Below are positions 40,201-54,500 of a DNA stretch of 64,000 nucleotides, in pieces. The number at the start of each line of letters is the position of its first letter. Position 1 is the first letter of the stretch. The notes under the pieces are model-generated. The model saw only the letters and a list, made by a program, of their open reading frames with translations, searched no databases and had not been told where the DNA came from. Both the position numbers and the translations under genes were made by a program. Source of the stretch: Antedon mediterranea (taxonomy: Eukaryota > Animalia > Echinodermata); contig NC_092670.1 of the NCBI RefSeq assembly GCF_964355755.1, positions 23,360,795-23,424,794 of the forward strand. Reading direction: 5' to 3'.

Positions 40201-42472
40201 TTGGGTGTAGGTGAAATCATCATGAAAGTGAAATACTCTACAAAAAAATGTTTAAAAAAAGATGATGGCATGTATTGTTATTGTAACAAATATTAATGTT
40301 GCATGAATTCCTTTGATTTGTTTTCATTTATTCACATTAAGTTGCTACTTAATGCCGCAGTGAAAGCTTTTATATTAATTATTAGTAAGTAATGTACAAC
40401 TGTACTGTATACTTCCGACATCGCATTTTATCTTTCTGAATTTCAGGTTATTTCAAACAAAAGAATTTGTGAAAAAGATTTTGTTAGTATCCTTAATTTG
40501 GTTTAAAAAAAAAAGGAGATAAAAATACCAATGAGAAACTAAAGGGTCTACCAATAGGTTTGATATACACTACACAGGTACCATGATGTTAAAACAAATG
40601 TTGAAAAAACTTTTATTCAGCCGAAATATAGAATCAGTTTACTTTGATTTTTTCAGAGTTTCTTTCATTAAAAAGGAAACAGAACAGCATGAGAAATTTA
40701 AAATGATTCATTTAATGTGTCTTGGTAACTGGACAGTAGCAGTGGCGTAACGCAGAGGCCTGAGTCCCTGGTTTAGTTAGGAACTCTAGGTGGCCCTCCA
40801 ATGCTGGAGGCGTTGGGCATTTTTAGCCTTTTTCTTTTTTTGTTGTTGACATATTTCAATGCCTGTTTTTTCCTCTTGGCACTGCTCAGGGGTCCCATAA
40901 GCTCTGGGGTTTACAAGTGCTCATAGCCGTTAAGCCACTGTACAGTAGACGTTGTACACTGTAAAGCCACTACAGTACATTAATCAGTAAGTTGAGCTCC
41001 AGTTGATAATATAATTTATAAAATCTGATCCATCAGCTATTGCACTAATGTGCATAATTGGCCGTGACCCACAAAAGTCCCCAAATGATCTGAAACATTG
41101 GGTGTGAGCATGCTGGTAATGGTACTACTTCATAGTAGTAATAACTTTAATTTACATCTATAAATCATTAAGGATATATCATAGACTGACAGACTGGCTA
41201 TAATTTATTATTATGTTCTTCTGTTAAGGAATGATGATGGTTGCAACCTGCAGTGAACTCTTTACTTTGGGGAGCTTTACAGGCATTTGTCTTATCCAGT
41301 AAAAATGCCACACAAATTATAACTGTCCTAATACTCAACTGTGTCTACAATACCTTGTACTACAAATAGTATTTAAAATATTTTGTATAATTAATAAATA
41401 CTGTTTTATACGTACTCTAAACAATGAAATACACATCTATTCATTGTGATGAGATTCAATATTAAAACAGTTGAATCCTTTCATTTAATTTAAGGTGACA
41501 TCTTCGGGATCAAACAAAGTGTGCCCCTTTAATAGAGGATACCTCTGAATAGGGGATGGCCTTGATTTAAAACATTTACAGTAGCTCTTTCGTTTCACAT
41601 GAAAGTGTTCCCTAAATAGTAGGGGTGTGTGTCCGATGAATAGTAGGGGTGTGTGTCCCCTAAATAGTAGGGGTGTGTGTCCCCTAAATAGTAGGGGTGT
41701 GTGTCCCCTAAATAGTAGGGGTGTGTGTCCGATGAATAGTAGGGTTGTGTGTCCGATGAATAGTAGGGTTGTGTGTCCGATGAATAGTAGGGTTGTGTGT
41801 CCGATTAATAGTAGGGTTGTGTGTCCGATGAATAGTAGGGTATCCCAGAACAGGGTTTTTACAGCCATATGCCTGTATGTGATGCCAAAACCACTGTATG
41901 TGTACTTCATACAACCCATTGAGAATGCTCTGCACTCTTATTTCTCCATACAGTGCTGTGTTAATGCCATTATTAAGCAGTTCTCATTATCACTCATTTA
42001 GTTCCACTCTGGTAAGTAATAATCAAATCATCTTCTGCAATTACTGAAGACTAATTTTGCAGATGATTGCTTTATAAAGTGATTTCAGTCTGATGGAATG
42101 CCTTTAAGATTTAAATGATGAAATCATGTTGTTTTCACTAAGTGTACATTTCAGATGATGATAGTATTTAATGATAGTTTAATGATGGATCTTTCAGTAT
42201 AAAAAAATAATATATAATTATTATATAATTATATAAATTCCTTTGCTCTTATTCTGTACAAAATTATATTAATTAAATATCAAAGAAAGCACACTTTAAA
42301 AGACAAGCTGCCTAACTGACATTGTATAGAAAATCGTTGTTTAATTGCCACAAAACATTTCAATCCTTGATCATAAAATCAAGAATACACTACTTTTCTG
42401 TCAAATATGTGTTAGCATATTTTGAATGTTTTACAACTTGAAATATCATAATTTTTATATCATGTTTTGATA

Positions 42473-42512
<40 letters not shown>

Positions 42513-45500
42513 ATTATTATATCAATATTTATAAAGCGTCAATTCAAAGACCGAGGTACAAAATCAAAGGCGCTGGGCATGTATTGTTAGTGGGTTGCAA
42601 ATTTGTATACTGAATGAATTTTGTTTCATGTTATTTTGTTCCTACAACTACTGTACCATACTGCCTATAATGAGGCCTACACTGTTTTTTGTATATTTTA
42701 AAATTTCATATGTATCCATCCAACAGCGAGAAACTCTCTGCCATTTACAGGATGGATAAAACCTATAGTATTTTATAACTTATCATGCTTATAAACTACT
42801 GTAAGTCTCATTTGAGGCAAAGGCAGTGGAGTTTGAAAGAGTTGTGAGTTACAATCCTGGCACCAGTCAGGATTGAACCTTGGACATTGGGAGTGGAAGG
42901 CAAGCATGTTAACCACCAATCTACAGCTACACTACAAGTTTTTCAGTGATGTCAAACCTAGGATGTCACAATTTATATTATTTACTTATCCAACATACTG
43001 TTCATTAAAATGACTAATGTATGCTGATATTGTCAAGAAACTTGAGATTGGCCTTAAAAAAATGATTACTTTGATGGAAGGATGAGTTTTGATAAAGGGG
43101 TGGTTAAGAAGGATGGAAGACTGGGGAGGCAAAGGTGACCTAGGCTATCCAACACAATAAAATTGTGACTGATTTTAACCAGAATAATTAATGGTTTCAA
43201 AGTGAATGCGACTAGTTGAAATAAGTTAATATATTATTAATGTGTGAACAGTGTTAGCATACGGTAAGTGCAATAATCGCAGTTACCTTCACCTAATTAT
43301 ACTATTACTTACTTTTAATGCTACTGCTGTATTACTATTAACTGCCTTTGTTTCACTGTTAGCAATCCATACTGTACATTTATCTAATGTGGATTTCATG
43401 TCAAAGGATGACTGTACTTGTAATACAATGACAATTTTTATTTATCCACTATGCGGATCCAGTTAAATTTTAGAAACTTAAAATGCTAAAAAAAATAGGA
43501 CATATTTTTAGGCCATTAATCATCCCCTTGTCCTTATTTAAAATTCCTTGACTCAGAACTGTTATAATCGATATGGAGTTTACACACACTCTGGTGTTTT
43601 ATATGATGTGAAACTAGTGGTCAAACACAGGAACCAGCTATAATTATGCTTATATGAAATGAGAAATCTGCTAAATCAACAAAGTGAAAAAATCCAATTG
43701 AATACAGTAATATTAATACATTTCTAGGGGTTGAGATAACATATTTTACGAGATAATACACATTTACACCATTAACATACTATATCAGGTCATTCTCTGC
43801 TTCGTCATCAAAAAATTGTTAAATGCTAAAGTGTGTTCATAAGTTAACTTGAGTAGGATCTGACCATATATTACTCAGCATGCTACCCAGTACTGTCACC
43901 TTCACAGCAGTCTTTACCATGTAATACCATAATCTATTCATAATGCACTAACTCTGCCCAAATGTTATTCAGTCGTTGACCTTGTTGGGCATTATAGAGA
44001 AGGTGGTGATCTATGGTTCTATTGTGATTGGTATTTTTTAAAGTTTAAGTAAATTTTCTTAAATATGTACAGTAAAACATGTATTTTACGAATGTTCAGT
44101 TTACGGATCGTCGATGTTACTGTACGAATGGGTTGTGACATCGATGACATTATCAACGAACAAATTAAATGTTTAAATAATTGATTTCTGACTTGAATTT
44201 AAAGTTCAAATTTCCAGGCGAAAGTATTAAGAATCGGAAATTCAATCGTAACTATACTGTAGAAGTTTACTGACGTGTACGTGCACTGTAGTGTTGACGT
44301 ATGCTCATACAGCAAAAAGATACGAATTATGTTAACGATCTAGTTTACAAATTTTCAGTTTACAACCCTTGGTACCGTGGGATACGTAAAATAGACGTTT
44401 CACTGTACTTACTAACTGTAGTCTAAATTTTGAATCATTTCAAAACATCTCAGTATATTATGTACTTAAATATTGATTTTTTTAAAGTCAATTTTATTAC
44501 TGTTAATAATATCACATCTAATCAAATTATGATTGAAGTTTTAAATTCCTATTGGACCAATTCTTTTGGAAGCTGTCAATACAATTGGTATACAGTAAAA
44601 CTATACAATTATTTAATAGTTTCATTACATGGGAACTAAGTTTAATACAGTAATAATATTGTAAACATTCAGCATTTTATGAGGCCAGTATTTTACCGCA
44701 AGACTGTATTTTTACTGGGTTACTTTACTTTAATGATTTTGGCAGTCTTAATTTTATTATATAATTTCTATTGTTTCTCTGTTGTAATGACTACAATACA
44801 TCAACCTTTCACCCTAACCCATTAAAACTGAAATCTGCATTACATAAAACCTAATAGTAGAATATTGCACATATGTGATGATAGCAACACCGTAACCACT
44901 CTACAAACATAGTTCAAGCTGTTTACTTGCTATAAGCGCTAAAGGTCATGGTCCGGTTATTAGCTGACCACTCTGGTCTGCATATTCACTGACTATTATG
45001 GAAAAATTATGTGTTAATTGATTTGTTCCATATCATTGGCTCAATAAATCACTAGTATTAACTATTTATAGGGATATAATGCTAAAGGGAAATTCCTAAA
45101 GTATACTACTTCAGAAGAAGAAATTTATGAAATAAAATAACATTATGAATTTATGGTTTAGGAAACTTGCTTTATTTCTAAACTTAAATTTACAGAATTT
45201 AAATAAGAAGAAGCACAATTTATAGTGTCGGTCTAATTGGACCCTGGCCAGCACCAGTTGTATACGAAAACAAATTGAAAAATTTAATTTTTAATAGCGA
45301 AGTTAAATTATAAATTATATCATATCATTTATATTAAAATTTAGTTTTTGCACTCAAATACTATGATGATGACGACAATTTAAAGTGTTTATAAATCCTT
45401 GTATTATGTCTTAAGGTGCGAAAGACAAATTAATTCCCATAGTTACTATGCTTTTAAAAAGATGAATGATTTAGTTGACCTTTGACCGAACTGTAAAATG

Positions 45501-48500
45501 TATTGGCACTTTTTCTGTTCAATCGCTGACTCATCCCTTTAGGCCTGATATTGATATCAATGAAGCAGACATTTTCTAATCTGAAGGGGAGGAAAAGGCT
45601 TTCTAACTAGGTGTTATTTTGACAGCCAATGATGTAAGGTGACATTAGGTCATTGTAACACAAAGTGCTGCTTGTTTCAGAAGGGTAAATGACTTGTAAA
45701 ATCTTGAGGGGATTGCCATTTTGTTCAAATCAATTATAAGGCTACTTAAATTAACATCGTAAAGTACTGTTTGCTACTGTGTAGTGTGCCAAATTGTCAG
45801 ATGACTGTATGTATGGAATTGGCAAAAGGTACATAAAATAGAATGTTATGATAATATCACTAACAGTTGGGACAAAACGTAGACTTAACAGTAGCACCCA
45901 GTCAAAGCTTGGCATATCATAAAAACATTTTAACGAACAGCATTTAATTAAGCTAATTTAAGCCTCCTTTTTATTGTTAACTAATCCTTTCAATATTAAA
46001 AAAAAATTTCATTCTTAAATACTACAGGAAAACTGGTGGTAGAGCAGATTTGAACCAAGATTCTTAGAATTTAGCATGACACCAAACCAACAATGACATT
46101 AATAATGGTTTCATGTTTGTGATTACTACTATCCATGCTTTTATTCTTGTTTGGTAATCAATCCTTAATACCCTCAAATTGACCTCGTATTTAAGCTTTC
46201 TTCTAAGCACGCTCAGCTGCATACTTTTGTACGTGTAGATTAATATTAACTTTTCCCACAAATTGGAGCAGTTGTAAACATGACCAACTTTAGATTTGTG
46301 TCAACTAATCTAGGTCATCATTTTCAAAGATGTTGGTGTCCAAATGATTTAAACTCATGTTGTTTGCATACAGTGTTGTTAACCCAGGCACAAAATCTAT
46401 TAAATTGTATTCATAGCTATATTTCACGATTAGAAAATGTTTTATTAATGGATTTTAAATGGTGAAGTAATCAATTTATGTTTAAAGTAAAGCTTTTCAT
46501 TTAATTTAGTATTTGATTGAGTGTGTTTTCTAGAGTTCATGTTGTGATGGTGGGACATCGTTGTATCGTAATAGTTGCATCCACTTTTTACCTACATAAA
46601 GCACAAAACTTTATAGCCTACAGTAAAACTACTGTAACTATCCATAAACAGATATAATATAAACACAAAAGGTAGAACACTACTCTGGGTTAAGTTCAAC
46701 ACTTCAAATACAATTGTTAAGCCCAGGGTCACCACTATTTCGGAAAATCCAGAATATGCCAGTGTAATTTTCCATCCATCCATCCATCCATCCAACTAAC
46801 TTTTTTATTCATTTTATCATCCATATGACGTTTAACACCAATGCTTATGTGGGTAGAGTGAATATATGGGTACAGTAGTGTGTCTATATACGGTATTCTT
46901 TAAAATGGACCTGAAATGGAATTTCGATTTTCAAGAAATTCACACATGTTATTTAAATGTATCAAATTAACACAAACCCATACAAATAAAAACAAAATAT
47001 ATAGTATTTTGAGTAAAAACGAAATTTTAAGATACCATGGTAAATTAGCGAAAATTACTCACGCCATTGCAATATTCTATTTCAACGGCCGTCGGAAGCC
47101 TCTATATTCACGACGTCACATATACACACGATGATATCGGTGATTACTTCTTCGCATGCAGCTAAAGTAAAATGACGTCACGTTAAAGCGTGTCGTCACA
47201 GAGTCTTATGCATATGCAAAAGGATGTTTTGTCTCTGCTTCTTGTGCGCTCATCATGATTTTACAAAATGTTTTCAGAGTGATATTAATGATGGTGCGAT
47301 CGGTGGTACAGAAAATAATCCGATATTGTTCCTGATAACAAAGAAGCAGATTAAATATAGTTGTTTATTCGACCCATTTGGCTTAGATGCCTAGGCCTAG
47401 ACAGACTTTCTATGATACCTACTCACTAGCAGCCTAACTAAAGTAAAATACAGTAGGCCTATACACTGCCCACTATCAGGCCATCCATATCCTCTCCTTC
47501 ATCGTTACCGCGTGGCATCGTGCAGATGTACACTAACCCGGCATACTAGCTAACTTCCCACCCACCCTAACAGGTATGCACTGCGCTGCCACTACAGTAG
47601 GAGGCCTAGGCCTAGCCTATTTCGGGTCTCATGTCTTGCAGCATTTGAAAATACGTGACTAATATTGTACATTATTATTATTTTTTATTCGCACTGGAAG
47701 TATCTAGGCTCTCCTGTCATGTTAAAATTAAAGTATATTATTTATTATCCTCAGCAGTGAAAACAATTATTATTTTTCGATAAATCTCGCGTCGCGTCTG
47801 TGAAAAAACTCTCAGCAAGTTTGCTTCATTAATATGCATGAGACTGTGACGACCCACTTTAACGTGACGTCATTTTACTTTAGCTGCATGCGAAGAAGTA
47901 GTCACCGATGATATCGAGAGCGTGTATGCCGCCCGATAGTCAGTGAATGATCGACGGCCTGGAAAGATACGCGAAGCGTTGACACTCATACTAATTTATT
48001 CAATATCTAATGTTGTTGAAATATAGGTCCCTAAAATGTACTTCGTTTGTTCTAAAACCCGAATTTAGAAGGTCTACCTCCCAAACCTTTACTAGGCCTA
48101 GGCCCCCAATCCAGTGCGCGGAGTCGATCCACCACCCACATCATGCGGCGAGGCTCCGTTTCATGTGCATCTAAGGACCAAAGCGATATCAACAACTTGC
48201 TGCGCTCATTGTCAAGCCAAAGTAAAATATGAATAAAATTCGTTTTCGAACTGCCTGATTCGTGACAAATAAATTATCATCTCATATATTACTAATTTAA
48301 TTCTGCTAAACTAAAAACTAAAGAAACTAACACATTTTTAGCAGTATAAATTACGAACGAATTCGACCCATTTGGCTTAGATGCCTAGGCCTAGACAGAC
48401 TTTCTATGATACCTACTCACTAGCAGCCTAACTAAAGTAAAATACAGTAGGCCTATACACTGCCCACTATCAGGCCATCCATATCCTCTCCTTCATCGTT

Positions 48501-51500
48501 ACCGCGTGGCATCGTGCAGATGTACACTAACCCGGCATACTAGCTAACTTCCCACCCACCCTAACAGGTATGCACTGCGCTGCCACTACAGTAGGAGGCC
48601 TAGGCCTAGCCTATTTCGGGTCTCATGTCTTGCAGCATTTGAAAATACGTGACTAATATTGTACATTATTATTATTTTTTATTCGCACTGGAAGTATCTA
48701 GGCTCTCCTGTCATGTTAAAATTAAAGTATATTATTTATTATCCTCAGCAGTGAAAACAATTATTATTTTTCGATAAATCTCGCGTCGCGTCTGTGAAAA
48801 AACTCTCAGCAAGTTTGCTTCATTAATATGCATGAGACTGTGACGACCCACTTTAACGTGACGTCATTTTACTTTAGCTGCATGCGAAGAAGTAGTCACC
48901 GATGATATCGAGAGCGTGTATGCCGCCCGATAGTCAGTGAATGATCGACGGCCTGGAAAGATACGCGAAGCGTTGACACTCATACTAATTTATTCAATAT
49001 CTAATGTTGTTGAAATATAGGTCCCTAAAATGTACTTCGTTTGTTCTAAAACCCGAATTTAGAAGGTCTACCTCCCAAACCTTTACTAGGCCTAGGCCCC
49101 CAATCCAGTGCGCGGAGTCGATCCACCACCCACATCATGCGGCGAGGCTCCGTTTCATGTGCATCTAAGGACCAAAGCGATATCAACAACTTGCTGCGCT
49201 CATTGTCAAGCCAAAGTAAAATATGAATAAAATTCGTTTTCGAACTGCCTGATTCGTGACAAATAAATTATCATCTCATATATTACTAATTTAATTCTGC
49301 TAAACTAAAAACTAAAGAAACTAACACATTTTTAGCAGTATAAATTACGAACGATACAAAATACACGAACGGAAAATATGGATACGCATCATTGCGCACG
49401 GAGCTGTATCCCGGACAACGTTGCCAGGCCAACTTCGGTATTGCCAGAAAAAAACCGTTGATTTTAAGATTTTAAATCGTCATTTACTCGATGAATAACC
49501 GTTTATACGGTAATAATTTTATCTAAAAAAATTCTAAATACGTTTCTGCAAATGCACAGGCATTTTTTAGAAAATACTCCATAGATTTCAAGAGTTATAG
49601 CCAAAAAACTGCAAATTGTCCATTGGAGGGATAGGAATATATTCGCAAAGTGACGTCACCCGCGAATTTTTTTGATTTTCAAATGGGGCTTTCCCCAAAA
49701 GGGCCAATTTATATTTTGTAACAATATACATTCTAGCAACACCTAATAGCCCCCAAAACATCATTCTAAAATGAAAAAAATAGAAAATCCATTTCAGGTC
49801 CATTTTAAATGTGTAGGCTTTAATTGCAAAATGGGCTAAAACCCCAGGGTGGTCTTACCAGTCAGTACAGTATTTATTATATCAATGTTTATACTACCGT
49901 ACTGTAAATTCTGCTACTACACTAGTGTTGAAATGCATATATACTATTGTATTCTAATTGAGTTCCCAACTTGACATCAACATGGTGACCTAAGCAGTCT
50001 CTAGACTTTTACAGTACTCAAGTTTGTACAAAGATGATGTGATGTACACTTCTTCTTAATCTTTACAATTACATACAGTTACTGTAGGTTAATGTTTGTT
50101 TTAATCAAATTTGATGGAGATGGTTTAAACTAAAGTAAGTGTAACCAAAACTTGTATATTGTTCACCAATAACCTGTACATAAAATGACGTTGTAACTAA
50201 AAACTTGCGTCCTAGTTGATGAAGGTTTCACTTGAGGCATATTGAAATAATTGAATTGTAGGATAATTAGTCGACTGCCTTAAGGATGTATGTTGTGGGA
50301 CAAGTGCATGTACGCTGCTTGTTTACAAAGGTAATCTGGTCTTGAGAAACTTTCAATGTTATTCTGACAGTGACAGATTCTTAAAAGGAAATTATGTATG
50401 TTTAATCCTGAAAATATTAATCTTGCTGCCAAATTTCAGCATGGCAAGTGTAGCACAAATATCAACAATATAATAAATAAGACTTGCTCACTTGGCATTA
50501 TTGGTCTTTACCTGTCTCACTACACTATGGGAAATAGATAAAAAGGGAATTAAAGTGAGATTGGTGAATACTGTATGACCACAGGATCTTCCGTTGAATA
50601 AGATCCCTCTGATAATTTTGATAACTTCAAAAAGAAGTTCAGAATTTTGTAAATTGGATTACCATTTAATGGTAATCCAATTTACAAAATTCTGAACTTC
50701 TTTAATACTGAAAGTTCCACCTTTACAAATAGAACGCATGTCATTATATTGAGATTTTCATATTACAACATTTTCTGATGACATAATAATGTTGACATAT
50801 TGCTTTCCAACAAACTATCACATACATTGCATTTTTCAATTAATTTTTGATATACACACTAATTTTTCATTACCTATTCAACACATTCCAATTTTACATC
50901 TACCTATAATTAAAGACTGTCTCTTCTTATAAATCTGAAACTATTGATAAATTACAGATTTGCTTGTCATGTCAAGAGCCTCCATCTGGTTTCAGTACTG
51001 TCAAGTTTTATTAGCCCAGTATCATAGGCAAATTCCATGATACAGTAAAACATACATCACAAACATCACATGTGAATTCTGTATTGTGATATTGTTTTTA
51101 AGAGGTTAAATAGAATTATTGTATTCATCTCTTACAAGTGTATGCATCTATGTAATCAAAATATACTGTACTGTACATCCAAATTACATCAGAGAGGTAA
51201 TCTATCCAAAGAATTTGTGGATTTTAGTTTTTATCCACTAATTCCACATCAACTTTATTGATCTATTCAGCTCATTAAACTTGTGTTGATCATACATTTG
51301 ACAGCTTTGCTTTTCCTATCAATTATTTCTATTAAGCGCTACGTTTTTTTTTTGTACCGTTTCGCATTCCCTCGCATTATAACGCCATCAATTCATTTCT
51401 TGTGTGTGATTTATTGATTTGCCACCCTGACATCTTGGCTGTTTATAATGCTGTAGAAGAAATTTGCATTGACCATGATATTATACTGTAATTAAATGCT

Positions 51501-54500
51501 TAATCAACAAACGATTCAACATTTTTGAAGGGTGATAAATTTCTATTTTTAAATTGATTTTAAATAATTGTTGAAATAAAATATTCTTTCTCTTATTACT
51601 TTAATTATTGTATATAAAGATTGATAGCTTGTTTTTCATTAATATGATATACTGTACTGTATATGCCATTTTTGTCTTTCCATTCAAAGACAGTATCTCA
51701 GTAGTTTCTGTGTTACTCAATATAAAAAAGCCAGTGAAATAACTACAGCTTTTATAGGGTATTTGACGAGCAGGGAAAGAATTTTTCTTAGACTAAGGTA
51801 AAGTCACAGGACGTCTGAAACAGTGAAAGTCAATGTTGACAGGATTTTTATAAGAGGGTTTGTTTTTTTACAGTACTATGAGCAAGACTACAGTTAGGCC
51901 TATTTGTTATAATGTCCGCTGCTGGTCTCTTGTTTTAAAAGGGGGCTTCAGAAAAAAAAGGGACGTTGGCCAGTTTCAAACAAACTCTCCTTCTGGCTAC
52001 GGACTTGACATGTCAGTTTGATCATGATCTACTTGTAAACTCATACAACTTAATGTGAACGCAAAAATTATCACAGAGGTGAACACACTGCATGTTTTGT
52101 ATGTATCGTAGCAATAGTACAATGACTAAACAAAGTTGCCTGCTTATTTATGCGTTCCCAGTTTATTGAATAATAAAAGAGTGACAGTTTACAGACACCT
52201 ATCTTAACAAAAGTTGTTAAGTTGCTGAATGAAATATATTCACAGCTGATTCACGTCACTCAGGTTTAAACTTTATTACCTTTGAGATTCAGTATTATTG
52301 TTGTGTTATTGTTTATTTATTAAGTTTACCTAAACCTTGTTACCTATTTTTGTCAGACAGTAACTTTTAACTTGTTTACTGTGTTTTGACAACTTTAAAA
52401 GACCTCTAGGTTTGTGTTTGTCTTGCAATACTAGTTTATTCTCTTCTGTGTTTTTCAAGTATCTCACACTCTTAAGAATCAGGTAAAACAGTGTAAAAAC
52501 ATTGTAAAGCATTATAAAATCTAGACATAAGATCAACTGTTTTTTTAAGAGAATGGAATCTTACCCATGATAAGTCACTTCCTCTCTCTTGTTGTACTTG
52601 TTTTGTAATCATTAACAATACGTACAATCTATAAACAAAAATTGTATTTCATGAATCCCATTCTGTAAATTTCTGAAGATATAAATTATTTTACACAGAA
52701 AACATATCAACACCCACAATGATCATAAACAAATCAATAGAGTACAGTATATTTTCATTTCAAAATTGAGGTAGATGCAAAATCTAATCTTTTGATAAAA
52801 TCATGGTTTGTTTGCCTTCATGTTAAGCATAGAGCAACTTTTTATTGCTATACATGTAGTAATAATGGCATTACAACTTTTACAGGTACTGATTACCTGA
52901 AATACTGATAGTCATCTATCATCAGCTATTCCATAATAACTTATGACAACCCATGCATTATGGATAAATTGGATATAAGATCATATTGTTGTTATTAATG
53001 ATCTTGTAGTCGTGATAGTGTAAAAGTAGATCAGTAAATCAAGTTTTGACCTATTTAGCTTTGATGCAAGATTAATACAGAATTTTTATCTGATGATGAC
53101 ATCTGTAATTGAAAAACCCTAATAATGCAACTTGAATAGAATTCTCCTGAAAATAGGAAGAAATATATACATAGGCCTACATAAATTTATTTTACCATTA
53201 TTGTGTATAAGCCCACCCACACTACATTTAAGTTTGGAGGTGGGCCACAATACAATATCCAAGGACGAAAGTAGTGGTTCAACCTGTACTAGTCATACAA
53301 CAGTGATTTTGAATGAAAATTACTCCAAAATGTGGGGGTTGGTTTAAACACTACCTGAATAACCAGGTTTTAAGTGAATTTTATTTGTAAAAGTTGTTTA
53401 TCATTTATTTATTAAAGTTGCACCATCATATTTTAATAATGAATTAACATAATTAATTAATAATATTGTTTAATCCCAAAAAATGACCGGGGTAATAATG
53501 TGAATGAACTATTATTATTACTTATTGAATAGACCCTATAACCTCTTTCATTATGTAAATTAAAGGTAACATTATCTCAAATTAAAATATAAGGTTACTA
53601 CATGGTATACTTTTCAAATAAAATAGTTCTAATACAGTATCACAGTCAACTAAAGTCATGCATTGATCATACATTTGTTTTTCATAGACATGCCTACCTT
53701 AACATTGTTACAACCTTCCCCCATCCCCTTCCCCTTTTCCGAACAAAGTCTGGTACAGATATAATATTGTCATATTATTATTTAAAACCTTACTGTTGAA
53801 CTTCCTATTCTTGATAGTGAAACAAAATATGGTAATCAATTATGCAAATTTGTATTTTTCAGAAAAAGGTGGACCTACAAAGAAAATTGCTCTTAATAAC
53901 CAAGATACAGATGGGTAAGATTGTTGTTTTCCATTTATGTTTTGCTTTTTGTGCCACAGCGAGTATAAAACAGTGAAAATAATAATAAAAATGTATGAGA
54001 CTTTTACTCTTTATTAGGTCAAGTTCAGCTTCCATTAGAGTGAAAATTGCAGTGAACATAAAAACATGATGATGAACAAGACATAAAAAAAAAAGTTACT
54101 TGTGTAAATATTACATAAAATAAATGTGTAGACTTACAATGAGTTCCTCTCATTTTTATTTAAATTCAACCTTCTTCATGCATATAAAGTACTATGGATC
54201 GTATTACTTAATTAAGCACCCAATCAGGTTAATGAATCCTACAGTGTTGCTATGCTGAGTGGTAAAACCCAGAGGCTTCAGTGTGTAAAATAATAGCTAC
54301 AAATACAAGAGATAATAGCCTGCAAGAAAATGAAGCCTACTGTACAAGAGAATGACTTTTTCTAGTTCACTTCCCCATAGTGAATAGAGTCTTTGTATTG
54401 TAGTTCATCCATTTATGAATTGTCAAGTATTCTATCTGTATACAACAGGTGTAGATATTCTGGTATGTGTTCAGAAGATGCCTAGTTATTGATTCGTCAT

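Noticed and set aside
41485-42001. Repetitive ORFs (GHTPLLFR / NSRGVCP) and a CRISPR-like appearance
   Set aside because: Contiguous 24-bp tandem units with no unique spacers, in a eukaryotic intron; the ORFs are open only because the unit length is a multiple of 3.
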